From NCBI GenBank assembly GCA_965203555.1, contig CBDBCY010000004.1, positions 2,368,001 to 2,432,000 of the forward strand: a stretch of 64,000 nt of DNA. The letters run 5' to 3'. The notes below the pieces were generated by a model. It was given only the letters and a program-made list of their open reading frames with translations. It ran no database searches and was not told where the DNA came from. The first letter of the stretch is position 1. The number at the start of each line of letters is the position of its first letter. This DNA is from Acidimicrobiia bacterium. Its GTDB lineage: Bacteria; Actinomycetota; Acidimicrobiia; Spongiisociales; ZC4RG35. The position numbers were made by a program, and so were the translations under genes. Positions 42,913 through 52,697 of this stretch are shown here, one piece after another.

Positions 42913-43347
42913 GTGTCGGAAAGTTCTCCCACCCCCCGGATCGAGATCGTCGAGGCGCCCATTGACGTGGCGGGTCTGCTGGAAGAGGTGAGCCGTCCCG
43001 ATGCGGGGGCGGTGGCCCTCTTCCTGGGCACGGTGCGCAACCATTCTCCCCAGCGCCGGGGTGTCACCCATCTTGAGTATGAGGTTTACCGATCCCAGGT
43101 GTGCGAAAGAATCGGAGAGATTGCCGCCGAGGCGTTGGAACGTTGGCCGGTATTGGCGGTGGCGGTCGAGCACCGGGTGGGCCGGGTGGATGTTGGTGGA
43201 GTGGCAGTGGCCGTGGCGGTGTCAAGTGCTCATCGGGCGGAGGCATTCGCCGCAGCCCGCTATCTGATTGATGAACTGAAGGAGAGAGCGCCTATCTGGA
43301 AGAAGGAACATTGGGATGCAGGCGCAGAATGGTCGTTGGGTTCCTGA
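42913..43347 (+). CDS. moaE: Molybdopterin synthase large subunit
   Basis: GAVALFLGTVRNH, LEYE, HRVG, VSSAHRAEAF.A.RYLIDELK..PIWKKE. Confidence 0.93.
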   Translation: MSESSPTPRIEIVEAPIDVAGLLEEVSRPDAGAVALFLGTVRNHSPQRRGVTHLEYEVYRSQVCERIGEIAAEALERWPVLAVAVEHRVGRVDVGGVAVAVAVSSAHRAEAFAAARYLIDELKERAPIWKKEHWDAGAEWSLGS

Positions 43348-43443
43348 AGGCTTGGTGGCCGGATCGGCCATCCGTTCGAATCGATTTGATATTCTGTTAA
43401 AACCTTGCCGCATCTTGGAAGGAGCATCGGGGTGACTGTCGTA

Positions 43444-45318
43444 ATGGAGCAAAGCCAAGACCTACCGGCCACCGGACAGGGAACCAGAACAGTCGCCTCA
43501 TTGGTGCGAGACAGGGCTCTTCGGTCTCCGGACCTGGTGGCGCTGCGAGAAAAGGACTACGGGATCTGGCAGGAGATCACCTGGGGGGAGTATTGGGAGA
43601 GCGTGTTGCTGGCCGCTCACGGCCTTCTGGCGTTGGGCGTGGAAGTGGGGGATCGGGTCTCGATTCACTCCGAGGACCGTCCCGAATGGGTGATCCTCGA
43701 TATTGCCGCAGTGGCGGTTCGGGCCGTAACGGTAGGCCTGTACCCGACCAATCCGGCCGCCGAGGTGCAGTATCTCCTGTCGGATTCAGGGGCGAGGGTC
43801 CATCTGGCCGAAGACCAGGAACAAGCAGACAAGCTGATGGAAGTGATCGACACTCTCCCCAACGTGGAGAAGATAATCCATGCCGAACCACGCGGCTTCC
43901 GGGCGTACCGGGACGATCCCCGGTTCATCTTCTGGGAGGCCTTCCTGGAGTTGGGTCGCAGGCACCGGGCAGAGAATCCCGGGGCGGTTACGAGGCGCAT
44001 GGAGGAAGCCCGTGCAGATGACATAATGACACTGGTTTATACGTCCGGCACCACCGGCCCTCCCAAGGGGGCGATGCTGGACAACGCCAACGTGGAGTAT
44101 TGCTTTGATGAACTCATCAATGCCGATTCCCGGATGCCGGGCGACATGGGACCCAACGATTCCGATGAAATCCTTACCTACCTTCCGCTCTGCCATGTGG
44201 CGGAGCGGATATTCTCGACGTGGACCTCGGCGGCATGTGGCACCACCCTCAACTTTGCCGAGTCGATCGAGACGGTCCAGGATAACCTGCGGGAAGTTCA
44301 GCCCACCCTGTTCTTCGCGGTTCCGCGAATCTGGGAGAAACTCCATGCGGCTGTGATCATCAAGAGCAAGGACGCCACCTGGCTCAAGCGGGTCTTCATG
44401 TCCTTGGGCAACGCCATGGCCGGGATCATCGGTCGGCAGAGAGTGAGAAACGGCGGCAAGCACACTCTCTTCAGCCGCATCTTTTACATGGTCGGATACC
44501 CGTTGGTATTTCGTGCACTGCGGGAAAGGATCGGCCTGCGCCGCGTCCGGTGGGCGGGGACCGGCGCGGCGCCCATCGCTCCGGAAGTGATCGAGTTCTT
44601 TCACGGGTTGGGGGTGAACGTCTACGAGTTGTACGGCATGACGGAGAATGCGGCGGTGGCGACCAACAACTTCCACGGGCGCATGAAACTGGGCACGGTG
44701 GGAGAGCCATATCCGGGGATAGGCCTGCGGATCGATCCGGAGACGGGGGAGATTCAGACCAAGCATCCCGGGGTGTTCCGGGGATACTGGAACAAGCCGG
44801 AGAAGACGGCTGGGGCTTTCACCGAGGACGGGTGGTTGCGCACCGGAGACGTGGGCGAATGGGTGGAGGGGACTCATGTCAAGATCGTCGACCGGATCAA
44901 GCACATAATCATCACGTCGGGGGGAAAGAACATCTCTCCCTCGGAAATCGAGAACAGCCTCAAGACCTCTCCGTTCGTAAAGGAAGCGATGGTGATCGGC
45001 GATGGGAAGAACTACCTCACCGCGCTGATCGGCATCGAATTCGACACGGTCGGCGATTGGGCAACCCGTCGAAACATTCCTTATACCACCTACCGTGATC
45101 TCGGCGAGAAACCCGAGGTGGTGAAACTGATCCAGGGCGTTATCAAAGAGACCAACGCCAAGTTCGCCAGAGTCGAGAACGTTCGGCAATTCAGGATGCT
45201 CCCCAAGGAACTCGACCATGAGGACGGCGAATTGACCGCTACCCAGAAGCTGAAGCGGGAGTCGATGGAGGAAATGTTCGGAGAACTGGTTGTCGATATG
45301 TATGCGGGCCGCAAGTAG
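43444..45318 (+). CDS. Long-chain fatty acid-CoA ligase (FadD/FAA1-type)
   Basis: YTSGTTGPPKG, YLPLCHVAER, AVPRIWEK, YGMTE, WLRTGDVG, DRIK..GGKNISP, ELTATQKLKR. Confidence 0.92.
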   Translation: MEQSQDLPATGQGTRTVASLVRDRALRSPDLVALREKDYGIWQEITWGEYWESVLLAAHGLLALGVEVGDRVSIHSEDRPEWVILDIAAVAVRAVTVGLYPTNPAAEVQYLLSDSGARVHLAEDQEQADKLMEVIDTLPNVEKIIHAEPRGFRAYRDDPRFIFWEAFLELGRRHRAENPGAVTRRMEEARADDIMTLVYTSGTTGPPKGAMLDNANVEYCFDELINADSRMPGDMGPNDSDEILTYLPLCHVAERIFSTWTSAACGTTLNFAESIETVQDNLREVQPTLFFAVPRIWEKLHAAVIIKSKDATWLKRVFMSLGNAMAGIIGRQRVRNGGKHTLFSRIFYMVGYPLVFRALRERIGLRRVRWAGTGAAPIAPEVIEFFHGLGVNVYELYGMTENAAVATNNFHGRMKLGTVGEPYPGIGLRIDPETGEIQTKHPGVFRGYWNKPEKTAGAFTEDGWLRTGDVGEWVEGTHVKIVDRIKHIIITSGGKNISPSEIENSLKTSPFVKEAMVIGDGKNYLTALIGIEFDTVGDWATRRNIPYTTYRDLGEKPEVVKLIQGVIKETNAKFARVENVRQFRMLPKELDHEDGELTATQKLKRESMEEMFGELVVDMYAGRK

Positions 45319-45356
45319 ATGATTTCGGTCCTGCCGGCTGAGCAGAGCGGACTCTG

Positions 45357-46328
45357 ATGTCGGCTGAATTGTTGGCCGTCGGGTTGCTGGCCCAATCCGA
45401 TCACAGCCAATTGGCGGGCGCCATCGTCAGCGGCCTTTCACTGGGAACCATCTACGCGCTGCTGGCGATGGGATTCGTCATCATCTTCAAAGCCACGCAG
45501 GTGGTGAATTTCGCACACGGCGCCTTGGCGACGGTGGGAGCTTTCATCACGGCGGGAGTGGCGGTTGAGCTCAACTTCCCCGGCCGCTTTCTCGACCTGC
45601 CTCCCCTGGTGGGGTGGTCCATTTCCGTTCTGACCGCCCTGGTGCTGTCGGCCGTCATGGGCGTCCTGCTCGAGAGAGTCTTCCTACGTCCCATGGTGGG
45701 AGAGGATTTGTTCTCCGTTGCCATAGTCACCCTGGGCATGAATGTGATCCTCATGACCATCGTGACCGACTACATCGGACCCGATCCTCGTTCCATGGCC
45801 GACCCTTGGGGAGACGCCGTAGCCGACCTGGGGTTCGTGATCATTGCACACACGGAGATAGCTCAGTTTGTAGTAGCCCTTGTCCTGGTGGTGTTGGTGG
45901 CCCTGTTCTTCCGGTCCCGCACCGGCATCGCCATGCGTGCCACGGCTTTCGACCAGGAGGCGGCGCGGGCCCAGGGGATCAAGGTCGGAGCGATTTTTGC
46001 CATCGCCTGGGCTATCGGGGCGGTGCTGGCCACGGTGGGAGGCATTTTCGGATCCGTGTACCCCCGTCGAGTCGGGGTCTACTCGGACACCGCCCTCCTG
46101 GCGTTCCGAGCATTCCCCGCCATCATTCTGGGTGGCCTTGACTCTGTGGTAGGCGCCGTGGTCGGGGGGTTGGCGGTGGGAGTAGCCGAGGCTTTAGCGG
46201 GCAGTTATCTCAACCATCCCTGGTTCGGGACCGGATTCAGCGGCATCGTTCCATACCTGTTGATGGTGGGGGTGTTGTTCATCCGTCCCTACGGCATCTT
46301 CGGCACCGAGGAGATCAGGCGAGTATGA
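45357..46328 (+). CDS. HAAT (Liv-type) ABC permease, LivH-like
   Basis: YALLAMGF..IFKAT.VVNFAHG, GIAMRATA.D..AA..GI, ILGGLDS. Confidence 0.9.
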   Translation: MSAELLAVGLLAQSDHSQLAGAIVSGLSLGTIYALLAMGFVIIFKATQVVNFAHGALATVGAFITAGVAVELNFPGRFLDLPPLVGWSISVLTALVLSAVMGVLLERVFLRPMVGEDLFSVAIVTLGMNVILMTIVTDYIGPDPRSMADPWGDAVADLGFVIIAHTEIAQFVVALVLVVLVALFFRSRTGIAMRATAFDQEAARAQGIKVGAIFAIAWAIGAVLATVGGIFGSVYPRRVGVYSDTALLAFRAFPAIILGGLDSVVGAVVGGLAVGVAEALAGSYLNHPWFGTGFSGIVPYLLMVGVLFIRPYGIFGTEEIRRV

Positions 46329-47566
46329 GAGGCCGTCCGCACCTTCACACGTCCTACTCAGCCGATCAGGCGTTGATGCCCACGGTCACCAAGAAGGTGG
46401 TGCTGGCGGTCTTCCTGGTTCTGGCGGCATTGGCCCCCATCGCTTCCAGCATTCCCTTCTATCCGGACTTCCTGGGTCACAACGATTGGATGAAGCTGCT
46501 GTCCCATGTGGCCATTTTCGGCATCGGGGCGTTGGGAATCAACCTGCTCACCGGGGTGGCGGGCCAGGTTTCCCTGGGGCATGCCTTCTTCATGGGACTC
46601 GGCGCCTACGTGGCGGTGGTCTTCGGGGCCCCTCCCGGCGATTTGTGGGGGTTGGGTTTACCCATGTGGATATGGCTTCCCATGGCTGGGATCATCCCGG
46701 CGATAGTGGGACTGTTGGTCGGGCCGGCCGCGGTACGGGTCCGGGGTCTCTATCTGGCCTTCGCCACTCTGGGACTGGTATTCATCGGGGAATGGGCGTG
46801 GCGCAATCTTAAGTTTGTTACCGGCGGAGCTTTTGCCGGTCGTAAGTTTCCCGCATTCCAGTGGAGAGTGTGGAAGGAGGAGGAACCGATAGCGGACTTC
46901 TCCTCCGATGGGGTGTGGTTGGGGTTTGAGATCTCCGAGGAGGCCAAGGTCTATCTGTTGATGCTGGGATTCCTGGTGGTGGCGACACTGGTGGCCAAGA
47001 ACCTGCAACGCACCAGGACCGGTCGGGCATTCCAAGCCATCCGGGACCGCGACATTGCCGCGGAGGTGATGGGAGTTGACGAATTCCGCTACAAGCTGAC
47101 GGCCTTCGGCATTTCATCAGCCTTCGCCGGGGTGGCCGGCGCCCTGTTTGCCTCCTTCGTGGGACGTCAGATCCCCGAGACCTGGGACCTGTTCCTGTCG
47201 GTGGAGTTCATAGCCATCATCCTGATCGGAGGGGCCGGTACGGTGTCCGGGGCGTTGATGGGCACCGCCTTCGTGATCATCCTGCCCCGGTTGGTCCAGG
47301 ATTTCACCGAGTGGCTTTCCGCAGTGATCGAAGGCGGGGAGGGCGCCCTGGCCACCGTTGCGGACGTGGTGGTGTCAATCTCGCCCGATGACGGAGGTGT
47401 GATCAACACGATCCCGGGGGTGGGTCCCGGCTTGTCGGTCTTTCAACTCAACCAGGTCCTTTTCGGGCTGCTGATCATCCTGTTCATGATTTTCGAACCG
47501 CTCGGCCTGTACGGGATCTGGTTACGAGTGCGAAACTACTGGAAAGGCTGGCCTTTTACCTATTGA
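46325..47566 (+). CDS. HAAT ABC permease, LivM-like
   Basis: GINLLTGVAGQVSLGHAFF, RVRGLYLAFATL, GRAFQAIRD..AAEVMG, ILIGGAGT. Confidence 0.9.
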   Translation: MRGRPHLHTSYSADQALMPTVTKKVVLAVFLVLAALAPIASSIPFYPDFLGHNDWMKLLSHVAIFGIGALGINLLTGVAGQVSLGHAFFMGLGAYVAVVFGAPPGDLWGLGLPMWIWLPMAGIIPAIVGLLVGPAAVRVRGLYLAFATLGLVFIGEWAWRNLKFVTGGAFAGRKFPAFQWRVWKEEEPIADFSSDGVWLGFEISEEAKVYLLMLGFLVVATLVAKNLQRTRTGRAFQAIRDRDIAAEVMGVDEFRYKLTAFGISSAFAGVAGALFASFVGRQIPETWDLFLSVEFIAIILIGGAGTVSGALMGTAFVIILPRLVQDFTEWLSAVIEGGEGALATVADVVVSISPDDGGVINTIPGVGPGLSVFQLNQVLFGLLIILFMIFEPLGLYGIWLRVRNYWKGWPFTY

Positions 47567-47652
47567 TAAGAGTTTTAGTGGATAGTTTTCCCAGGTAGCT
47601 TCTATTGTTCAGTGTCACCAGGGAAGCGAAGCAACCGGAAGAAGGAGAAGAT

Positions 47653-49167
47653 ATGAAGAACAAACTCAAGTGGCTGGCCGTGGTCATGGCAATGACCCTG
47701 ATAGCGGCCGCCTGCGGTGGAGATGAGGATGAAGCGGAAGCTCCGGCGACCACGGAAACTCCGGCGACCACCGAAGCTCCAGCCACCACGGCTGCTCCCG
47801 ATGAGGAGCCCATGGACGATGAAGAACATATGGACGATGAAGAGCATATGGACGATGAAGAGCATATGGACGATGAAGAACATATGCACGATGAAGAACA
47901 TATGGACGATGAAGAGCATATGGACGATGAAGAACAAATGGACATGATGATCGCCACCGATGTCGGGGTGGATCTGGAGGCCGGTGTTATCAAAGTGGGG
48001 ATGCTTTCCGACCTGACCGGCGCCTTCGGCGGCCTGGTGGGATTGGTGGTGGCAGGCGTCAACGCCTACTGGGCCGATGTCAACGCCCATGGCGGCATCC
48101 ACGGAATGCAGGTTGAATTGGTGTACCGGGACACGGTGTATTCGGTGGACAACCATGTCCAGTTCTACGAGGAACTGAAGGACGAGGTGGTTGCCTTCGG
48201 TCACTCCACCGGGTCTCCCCATACTGTCGCAATTCGTGAGGACCTCGAAGCGGACGGCATTCTTGCCATCCCGCTCACCTGGTACTCCGGATGGTCGGAT
48301 CCGGCGCTGAATGCCAACCTCCTCTCTCACGGCACCCCCTATTGCATCGAGGCCATGAACATGATCGGCTATATGCACGACATCCTGGTCGCCCAGGGAG
48401 TCGACAGCCCGACCATGGCAGTGGCGTCCTTCCCGGGTGACTATGGACTGGACTCGGCCGAAGGCGCCAAGCTCGGCGCTGCGGCGCTTGGCATGGAAGT
48501 GGTCTACGACGGCTCGGGTAGCGTCATTCCCGGCCAGGACAATGCCCCCATCGGCAATGCAATCGCCCAGAGCGGCGCAGACATTGTCTGGGTGACGGCC
48601 AACGCCGCCACCCTCACCGAGGTCTACGGCGCGGCTATCTCCCAGGGCTTCGAGGCTTTGTGGTCGGGCGCCGCTCCGGTTTGGAGTCCCGCTCTGGTGG
48701 CCCCTGATTCTCCCATCAAGGACGCCATCGCCCGTGACTTCTACGGATCCATTTACTTCTCGCCAATAATCGAGAACAATCCCGGAACGGAGTTCTTGAG
48801 GGAACTGATGGCCACCTACGCACCTGAAGTTCCTCTCATCGACTACGTCGTGGAGGGTTTCGTAGAGGCCATGATCCTTCACGAAGTTCTGAATGTTGCC
48901 TACGCCAACGGCGACATGACCCAGAGCGGAATGGTGGTTGCGGCCAAGAGCATCGAGGAGATCGACTTCCGCGGCCTCGCCCCCAGCGAGAGCTACGTGG
49001 GCGGCCCGAATGAGCGTCTGCAGCGTCAGATCTGGATTACCCGCCCCGATCCGGAGGCATTGGCGGCCGGCACGTCGCCCACCGGCATCAGTGTGATCGA
49101 GAGGGCATTCACCCACCCGATAGCTGCTGATTACGTATTCGAAGAGGCTTGCTACAAGCTCTCATAG
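47653..49167 (+). CDS. HAAT ABC substrate-binding lipoprotein with a repeat-containing N-terminal tether
   Basis: Lipobox IAAAC, then APATTE-like x3 and MDDEEH x7, then IKVGMLSDLTG..N..GGIHG..L..RDT.Y; AGGAG RBS. Confidence 0.88.
   Translation: MKNKLKWLAVVMAMTLIAAACGGDEDEAEAPATTETPATTEAPATTAAPDEEPMDDEEHMDDEEHMDDEEHMDDEEHMHDEEHMDDEEHMDDEEQMDMMIATDVGVDLEAGVIKVGMLSDLTGAFGGLVGLVVAGVNAYWADVNAHGGIHGMQVELVYRDTVYSVDNHVQFYEELKDEVVAFGHSTGSPHTVAIREDLEADGILAIPLTWYSGWSDPALNANLLSHGTPYCIEAMNMIGYMHDILVAQGVDSPTMAVASFPGDYGLDSAEGAKLGAAALGMEVVYDGSGSVIPGQDNAPIGNAIAQSGADIVWVTANAATLTEVYGAAISQGFEALWSGAAPVWSPALVAPDSPIKDAIARDFYGSIYFSPIIENNPGTEFLRELMATYAPEVPLIDYVVEGFVEAMILHEVLNVAYANGDMTQSGMVVAAKSIEEIDFRGLAPSESYVGGPNERLQRQIWITRPDPEALAAGTSPTGISVIERAFTHPIAADYVFEEACYKLS
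47812..47937 (+). repeat. In-frame 18-bp tandem repeat x7 encoding (MDDEEH)n
   Basis: atggacgatgaaga(a/g)cat units, one MHDEEH variant and a terminal MDDEEQ. Confidence 0.97.
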
Positions 49168-49182
49168 TCACATAGCGGCCCT

Positions 49183-49215
49183 GGGCCGGCCCACCTCATG
49201 CGGGTGGGCCGGCCC
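49183..49215 (+). terminator. 13-bp GC stem-loop after the binding-protein gene (mRNA stabiliser or partial terminator)
   Basis: gggccggcccacc-tcatgcg-ggtgggccggccc is a perfect inverted repeat; no U-tract. Confidence 0.6.
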
Positions 49216-49242
49216 GAGCCGATCCAAGTCGAGAGTTAGGCC

Positions 49243-50031
49243 ATGCTTGAAGTTTCCAACCTGGAAGTTGTCTATAACGACGTTGTCCTCGTGCTTCGAG
49301 GCGTTTCCCTTGAAGCGCCGGAAGGACAGATAGTCGCCCTGTTGGGCGCCAACGGCGCCGGAAAGACCACCACCGCCCGGGCGATAACCGGTCTGCTTGA
49401 TGTTCATGAAGGCGACATCACCAAGGGCGTCATTCGCTTCGAGGGCAAAGACATAACACATGTCTTGCCGTCGGACAGGGTGCGAATGGGGATCAGCCAG
49501 GTTATGGAGGGCCGCCGCATCTTTGCGGAGTTGACGGTGGACGAGAACCTGGCGGCCGGAGCCTACATAAACCGGGATCGAACGTCCATCCGGGAAGCCC
49601 ATAACCGGGTGATGACATTGTTTCCCGCCCTGGCAGAGCGGCGAAAGCAGGTTGCCGGGTATATGTCCGGTGGCGAGCAGCAAATGCTCGCTATTGGCAG
49701 GGCGCTTATGCAATCGCCCAAACTGATGATCCTCGATGAGCCCTCTCTGGGTTTGGCCCCCTTGCTGGTACAAAGGATCGCCGAGATCATCGTAGAGATA
49801 AACCGGTTGGGCACCGCAGTGCTGCTGATCGAGCAGAACGCCCATATGGCGCTGTCCATTGCCAATCACGGCTACGTGATGGAAAACGGCAAGATGGTGA
49901 TGGACGGCGGGGCCTCCAAACTCCAGGACGACGAAGATGTACAGGAGTTCTACCTCGGGCTCCACGCCGGTCAGCGCAAGTCGTTTCGGGATGTCAAGCA
50001 CTACAAGCGCCGGAAGCGGTGGCTTTCATGA
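49243..50031 (+). CDS. HAAT ABC ATPase, LivF-like
   Basis: GANGAGKTT, EGRRIF, MSGGEQQMLA, LDEPSLGLAP, EQNA. Confidence 0.92.
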   Translation: MLEVSNLEVVYNDVVLVLRGVSLEAPEGQIVALLGANGAGKTTTARAITGLLDVHEGDITKGVIRFEGKDITHVLPSDRVRMGISQVMEGRRIFAELTVDENLAAGAYINRDRTSIREAHNRVMTLFPALAERRKQVAGYMSGGEQQMLAIGRALMQSPKLMILDEPSLGLAPLLVQRIAEIIVEINRLGTAVLLIEQNAHMALSIANHGYVMENGKMVMDGGASKLQDDEDVQEFYLGLHAGQRKSFRDVKHYKRRKRWLS

Positions 50032-50834
50032 GCGCCGCCAACGGCACCCCTCTCTTGGAAGTAACCGATGTCAGCCTGTCATTCAAAGGCCTGATCGCGT
50101 TGCAGGAAGTGTCATTTCATGTCAACGAAGGAGAATTGTTTTCCATCATTGGCCCCAATGGCGCCGGCAAGACTTCGATCTTCAACTGCATCAACCAGGT
50201 TTACAAACCTCAGCAGGGGTCGATCTTGTGGAAGGGTGAATCGCTGATGGGTCTGAAACCGAACCAGACCGCCGAGCGGGGGATCGCCCGGACCTTTCAG
50301 AACATCGAACTCTTCGCCCACATGACGGTGATGGAGAACATTCTCTCAGGCCGCCACATCCGCATGAGTCACGGGTGGGTGGCCGGGTCACTGTGGATGG
50401 GTCGGGCCAAGCGGGAAGAGATGGAGAACCGCTTCAAAGTGGAGGACATCATCGACTTCCTGGAGATAGAACAGTGGCGAAAGTATCCGGTGGGACTGCT
50501 TCCCTACGGGGTCCAGAAGCGGGTGGAGCTGGGCCGGGCGCTGGCCATGGAGCCCGAACTCTTGCTGCTGGACGAGCCGGTGGCGGGCATGAACCTGGAG
50601 GAGACCGAGGACATGGCCCGGTTCATCCTGGACATCCAGGACGAGCTGGAAATCACCATGATCCTGGTGGAGCACGATATGAGCCTGGTGATGGATATTG
50701 CCGACCGGGTGATGGTGCTTGACTTCGGCAGAAAGATCGCGGAAGGTTTGCCCGAGGAAATCCAGACCAACATGGATGTGATCAGCGCCTACCTCGGCAC
50801 GACGGGTGAAGCATCCATACCGCAGTTCGGTTGA
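50028..50834 (+). CDS. HAAT ABC ATPase, LivG-like
   Basis: GPNGAGKTS, ARTFQN, LPYGVQKRVE, LDEPVAGMN, VEHDM. Confidence 0.92.
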   Translation: MSAANGTPLLEVTDVSLSFKGLIALQEVSFHVNEGELFSIIGPNGAGKTSIFNCINQVYKPQQGSILWKGESLMGLKPNQTAERGIARTFQNIELFAHMTVMENILSGRHIRMSHGWVAGSLWMGRAKREEMENRFKVEDIIDFLEIEQWRKYPVGLLPYGVQKRVELGRALAMEPELLLLDEPVAGMNLEETEDMARFILDIQDELEITMILVEHDMSLVMDIADRVMVLDFGRKIAEGLPEEIQTNMDVISAYLGTTGEASIPQFG

Positions 50835-50883
50835 TTCAAGGGAACAAAGAAACCTCGACGCCGGATGGGCGAGGACCGTCGGC

Positions 50884-51249
50884 GTGACAGGTCCACAGGT
50901 AGTAGGAATCTATGACGCTGACGGAGGCTGGGGGGGAAAACTGGGTTATGTCCTGGGAGTCATTGTGGGAGGAAAGCACTGTTCGTTGTGCGACATCACC
51001 CACGGATGGAATCCATGGGGACGAAGCGAGTGGAAGCGGGTCTATGCCCGAGTCCCTTTCAAAATGCAGTTGATCCATCGAGACCGGGCCAACCCTGCCC
51101 AACTGACGGCCGCCGGCGTCCTGCCTGCGGTGATTGCGCAGGAGAAAGGCAGGTGGCGGAGGCTGGTCGGTCCCGAGGAACTGGAAAGCTGCGCCGGAGA
51201 CCCGAACCGCCTTATGGCTCTCATCGAACTCGACTTCGACTCGAAGTAG
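50884..51249 (+). CDS. Small hypothetical protein with a CxxC motif (HCSLCDITHG)
   Basis: VVGIYDADGG..HCSLCDITHG..W..HRD..LPAV; same strand as the Liv operon; start uncertain. Confidence 0.6.
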   Translation: MTGPQVVGIYDADGGWGGKLGYVLGVIVGGKHCSLCDITHGWNPWGRSEWKRVYARVPFKMQLIHRDRANPAQLTAAGVLPAVIAQEKGRWRRLVGPEELESCAGDPNRLMALIELDFDSK

Positions 51250-51278
51250 GTTTGGTTGTTCAAGCGGGAAGGCCTTCC

Positions 51279-51620
51279 TCAAACCAGGAGTATCCTGATC
51301 TTCTCTATCGTCTCTCCGACCACTTGCCTTGGGGCTCTGCATTCCAGACGGGCTCCTCTCGCCCGCCAGTCCAGGCTTTTGATTTGATCGGATAGGACCA
51401 CTCCTCGGATGCGGCTCGAGGAGCTGAGGAGAACCTCGAACGGGTAGCCCTTGACCCTGGAGGTAATGGGGCAGAGGAGCGCCAGGCCAGTCTTGTGATT
51501 GTAAGCCTTCGGGCTTAAAACCAGGGCCGGTCGACGGCCGGCTTGTTCATGACCTGCCTGCGGGCTGAAGCGCAACCATACAATGTCCCCTCTGTCCGGA
51601 ACGTATCCCCTCAGCGACAT
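51279..51620 (-). CDS. mazF: MazF/ChpA endoribonuclease toxin
   Basis: YVPDRGDIVW..F.PQAGHEQAGRRPALVLSP..YN...CPITS..KGYPFEV..DQIKSLDWRAR. Confidence 0.95.
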   Translation of the reverse strand: MSLRGYVPDRGDIVWLRFSPQAGHEQAGRRPALVLSPKAYNHKTGLALLCPITSRVKGYPFEVLLSSSSRIRGVVLSDQIKSLDWRARGARLECRAPRQVVGETIEKIRILLV

Positions 51621-51645
51621 GCCTATACCCTCCTGCCGGCCACTG

Positions 51646-51885
51646 CTACCAGATTTCAGCGCCTTGCGGTGGGCCGGTCTCTGTTTCGGGGTGCAAAATG
51701 CCCGGTGCCACCGAGGACAGCATTTCATCCAGATCGTAGGATGTCTTGCGCAACACGACATGGTTTCCGTCCGGCAGGATCTCTACGGGGGAACCCTCCT
51801 GCACGCCCCATTGCTCGGCGATGGGCTTGGGTATGCGAATCGCCAAGCTGCCGCCCCATCTGGAAATGTGTGTTCGCGTTCCCAT
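51646..51885 (-). CDS. mazE: MazE (AbrB-fold) antitoxin
   Basis: ISRWGGSLAIRIPK..YDLDEML..HPE..GPPQGAEIW; GGAGG RBS 6 nt before the ATG. Confidence 0.92.
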   Translation of the reverse strand: MGTRTHISRWGGSLAIRIPKPIAEQWGVQEGSPVEILPDGNHVVLRKTSYDLDEMLSSVAPGILHPETETGPPQGAEIW

Positions 51886-51891
51886 CCGCAA

Positions 51892-51927
51892 CCTCCTATG
51901 AGATATACATTATATATCTATAGGAGG
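51892..51927 (-). promoter_or_regulatory. mazEF promoter/operator inverted repeat overlapping the -10 box and RBS
   Basis: cctcctat(g)agatata-catta-tatatctataggagg; TATAAT on the minus strand; AT-rich island in GC-rich DNA. Confidence 0.7.
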
Positions 51928-51975
51928 GTTGGGCTAGCACAAGTGACCTGTTTGTCCTTGCAAAAGCCCGAGTTT

Positions 51976-52575
51976 CTAGGTGTTGCGGTTGGTGAGGCGC
52001 CAGGCGGCGGGGAGCAGCAGACCGGCTGCGTAGGCCTTGATCACGTCGCCCACGATGAAGGGCGCCACGCCCTTTTCCAGGGCCGTGACCAGATCCATAT
52101 CCGCAGCGGCCATCAGCCCGATCACACCGAAGACGTAAATGACCAGGCTTCCGGTCAGAAAGGCGGTGACCGCCGAGATCACGCGACGGTCGTGATGACG
52201 CTCGGCCAACTTGCCCACCAGTGCGGCGGCGATCACGAACCCGAACAGATAGCCGCCGCTGGCGCCGAACAGCACCTCGGTTCCCGAAGCTCCGCCGGCG
52301 TAGAAGGGCATGAAGGTTCCCAGCGCCAGGTAGAGCAATTGGCTGGCCCCCCCGGCCCACATGCCCAGGGTTGCTCCGGTCAGAAGCACCGCGAAAGTCT
52401 GGCCGGTAATAGGGACCGGTGTGAATGGAAGCCTGATAGTGAATTGGGCGAAGAGGGCTGTCAAGAGGGCGAACGCGACCACCTGGATGACCCAGACCGC
52501 CGCCGCTGACATGGTACGGGTGGGCAACCGAACCCTGGCAGCCAGAACTTCATGATGGGGAGTGAAAAACGCCAT
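51976..52575 (-). CDS. bioY: Biotin ECF transporter S component BioY
   Basis: LPFTPVPITGQTFAVLL.G..LG, YL.LG...P.YAGG..G, GGYL.GF, PFIVGD.IK. Confidence 0.92.
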   Translation of the reverse strand: MAFFTPHHEVLAARVRLPTRTMSAAAVWVIQVVAFALLTALFAQFTIRLPFTPVPITGQTFAVLLTGATLGMWAGGASQLLYLALGTFMPFYAGGASGTEVLFGASGGYLFGFVIAAALVGKLAERHHDRRVISAVTAFLTGSLVIYVFGVIGLMAAADMDLVTALEKGVAPFIVGDVIKAYAAGLLLPAAWRLTNRNT

Positions 52576-52697
52576 TGCCCGCTCCTTTCGAAGGTTGGTG
52601 TTGACGTGGGTTTGACCTGTCGTTTCGAATTCAGGTTACCGGGTGAAAGTCCTGGACTCTTGCTCACGAATGGGATATACGCTTTGGAGGGAAACGA

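Noticed and set aside
47812-47937. Regular short repeats as a possible CRISPR array
   Set aside because: Contiguous in-frame 18-bp units with no spacers, inside a CDS; no cas genes in the window.
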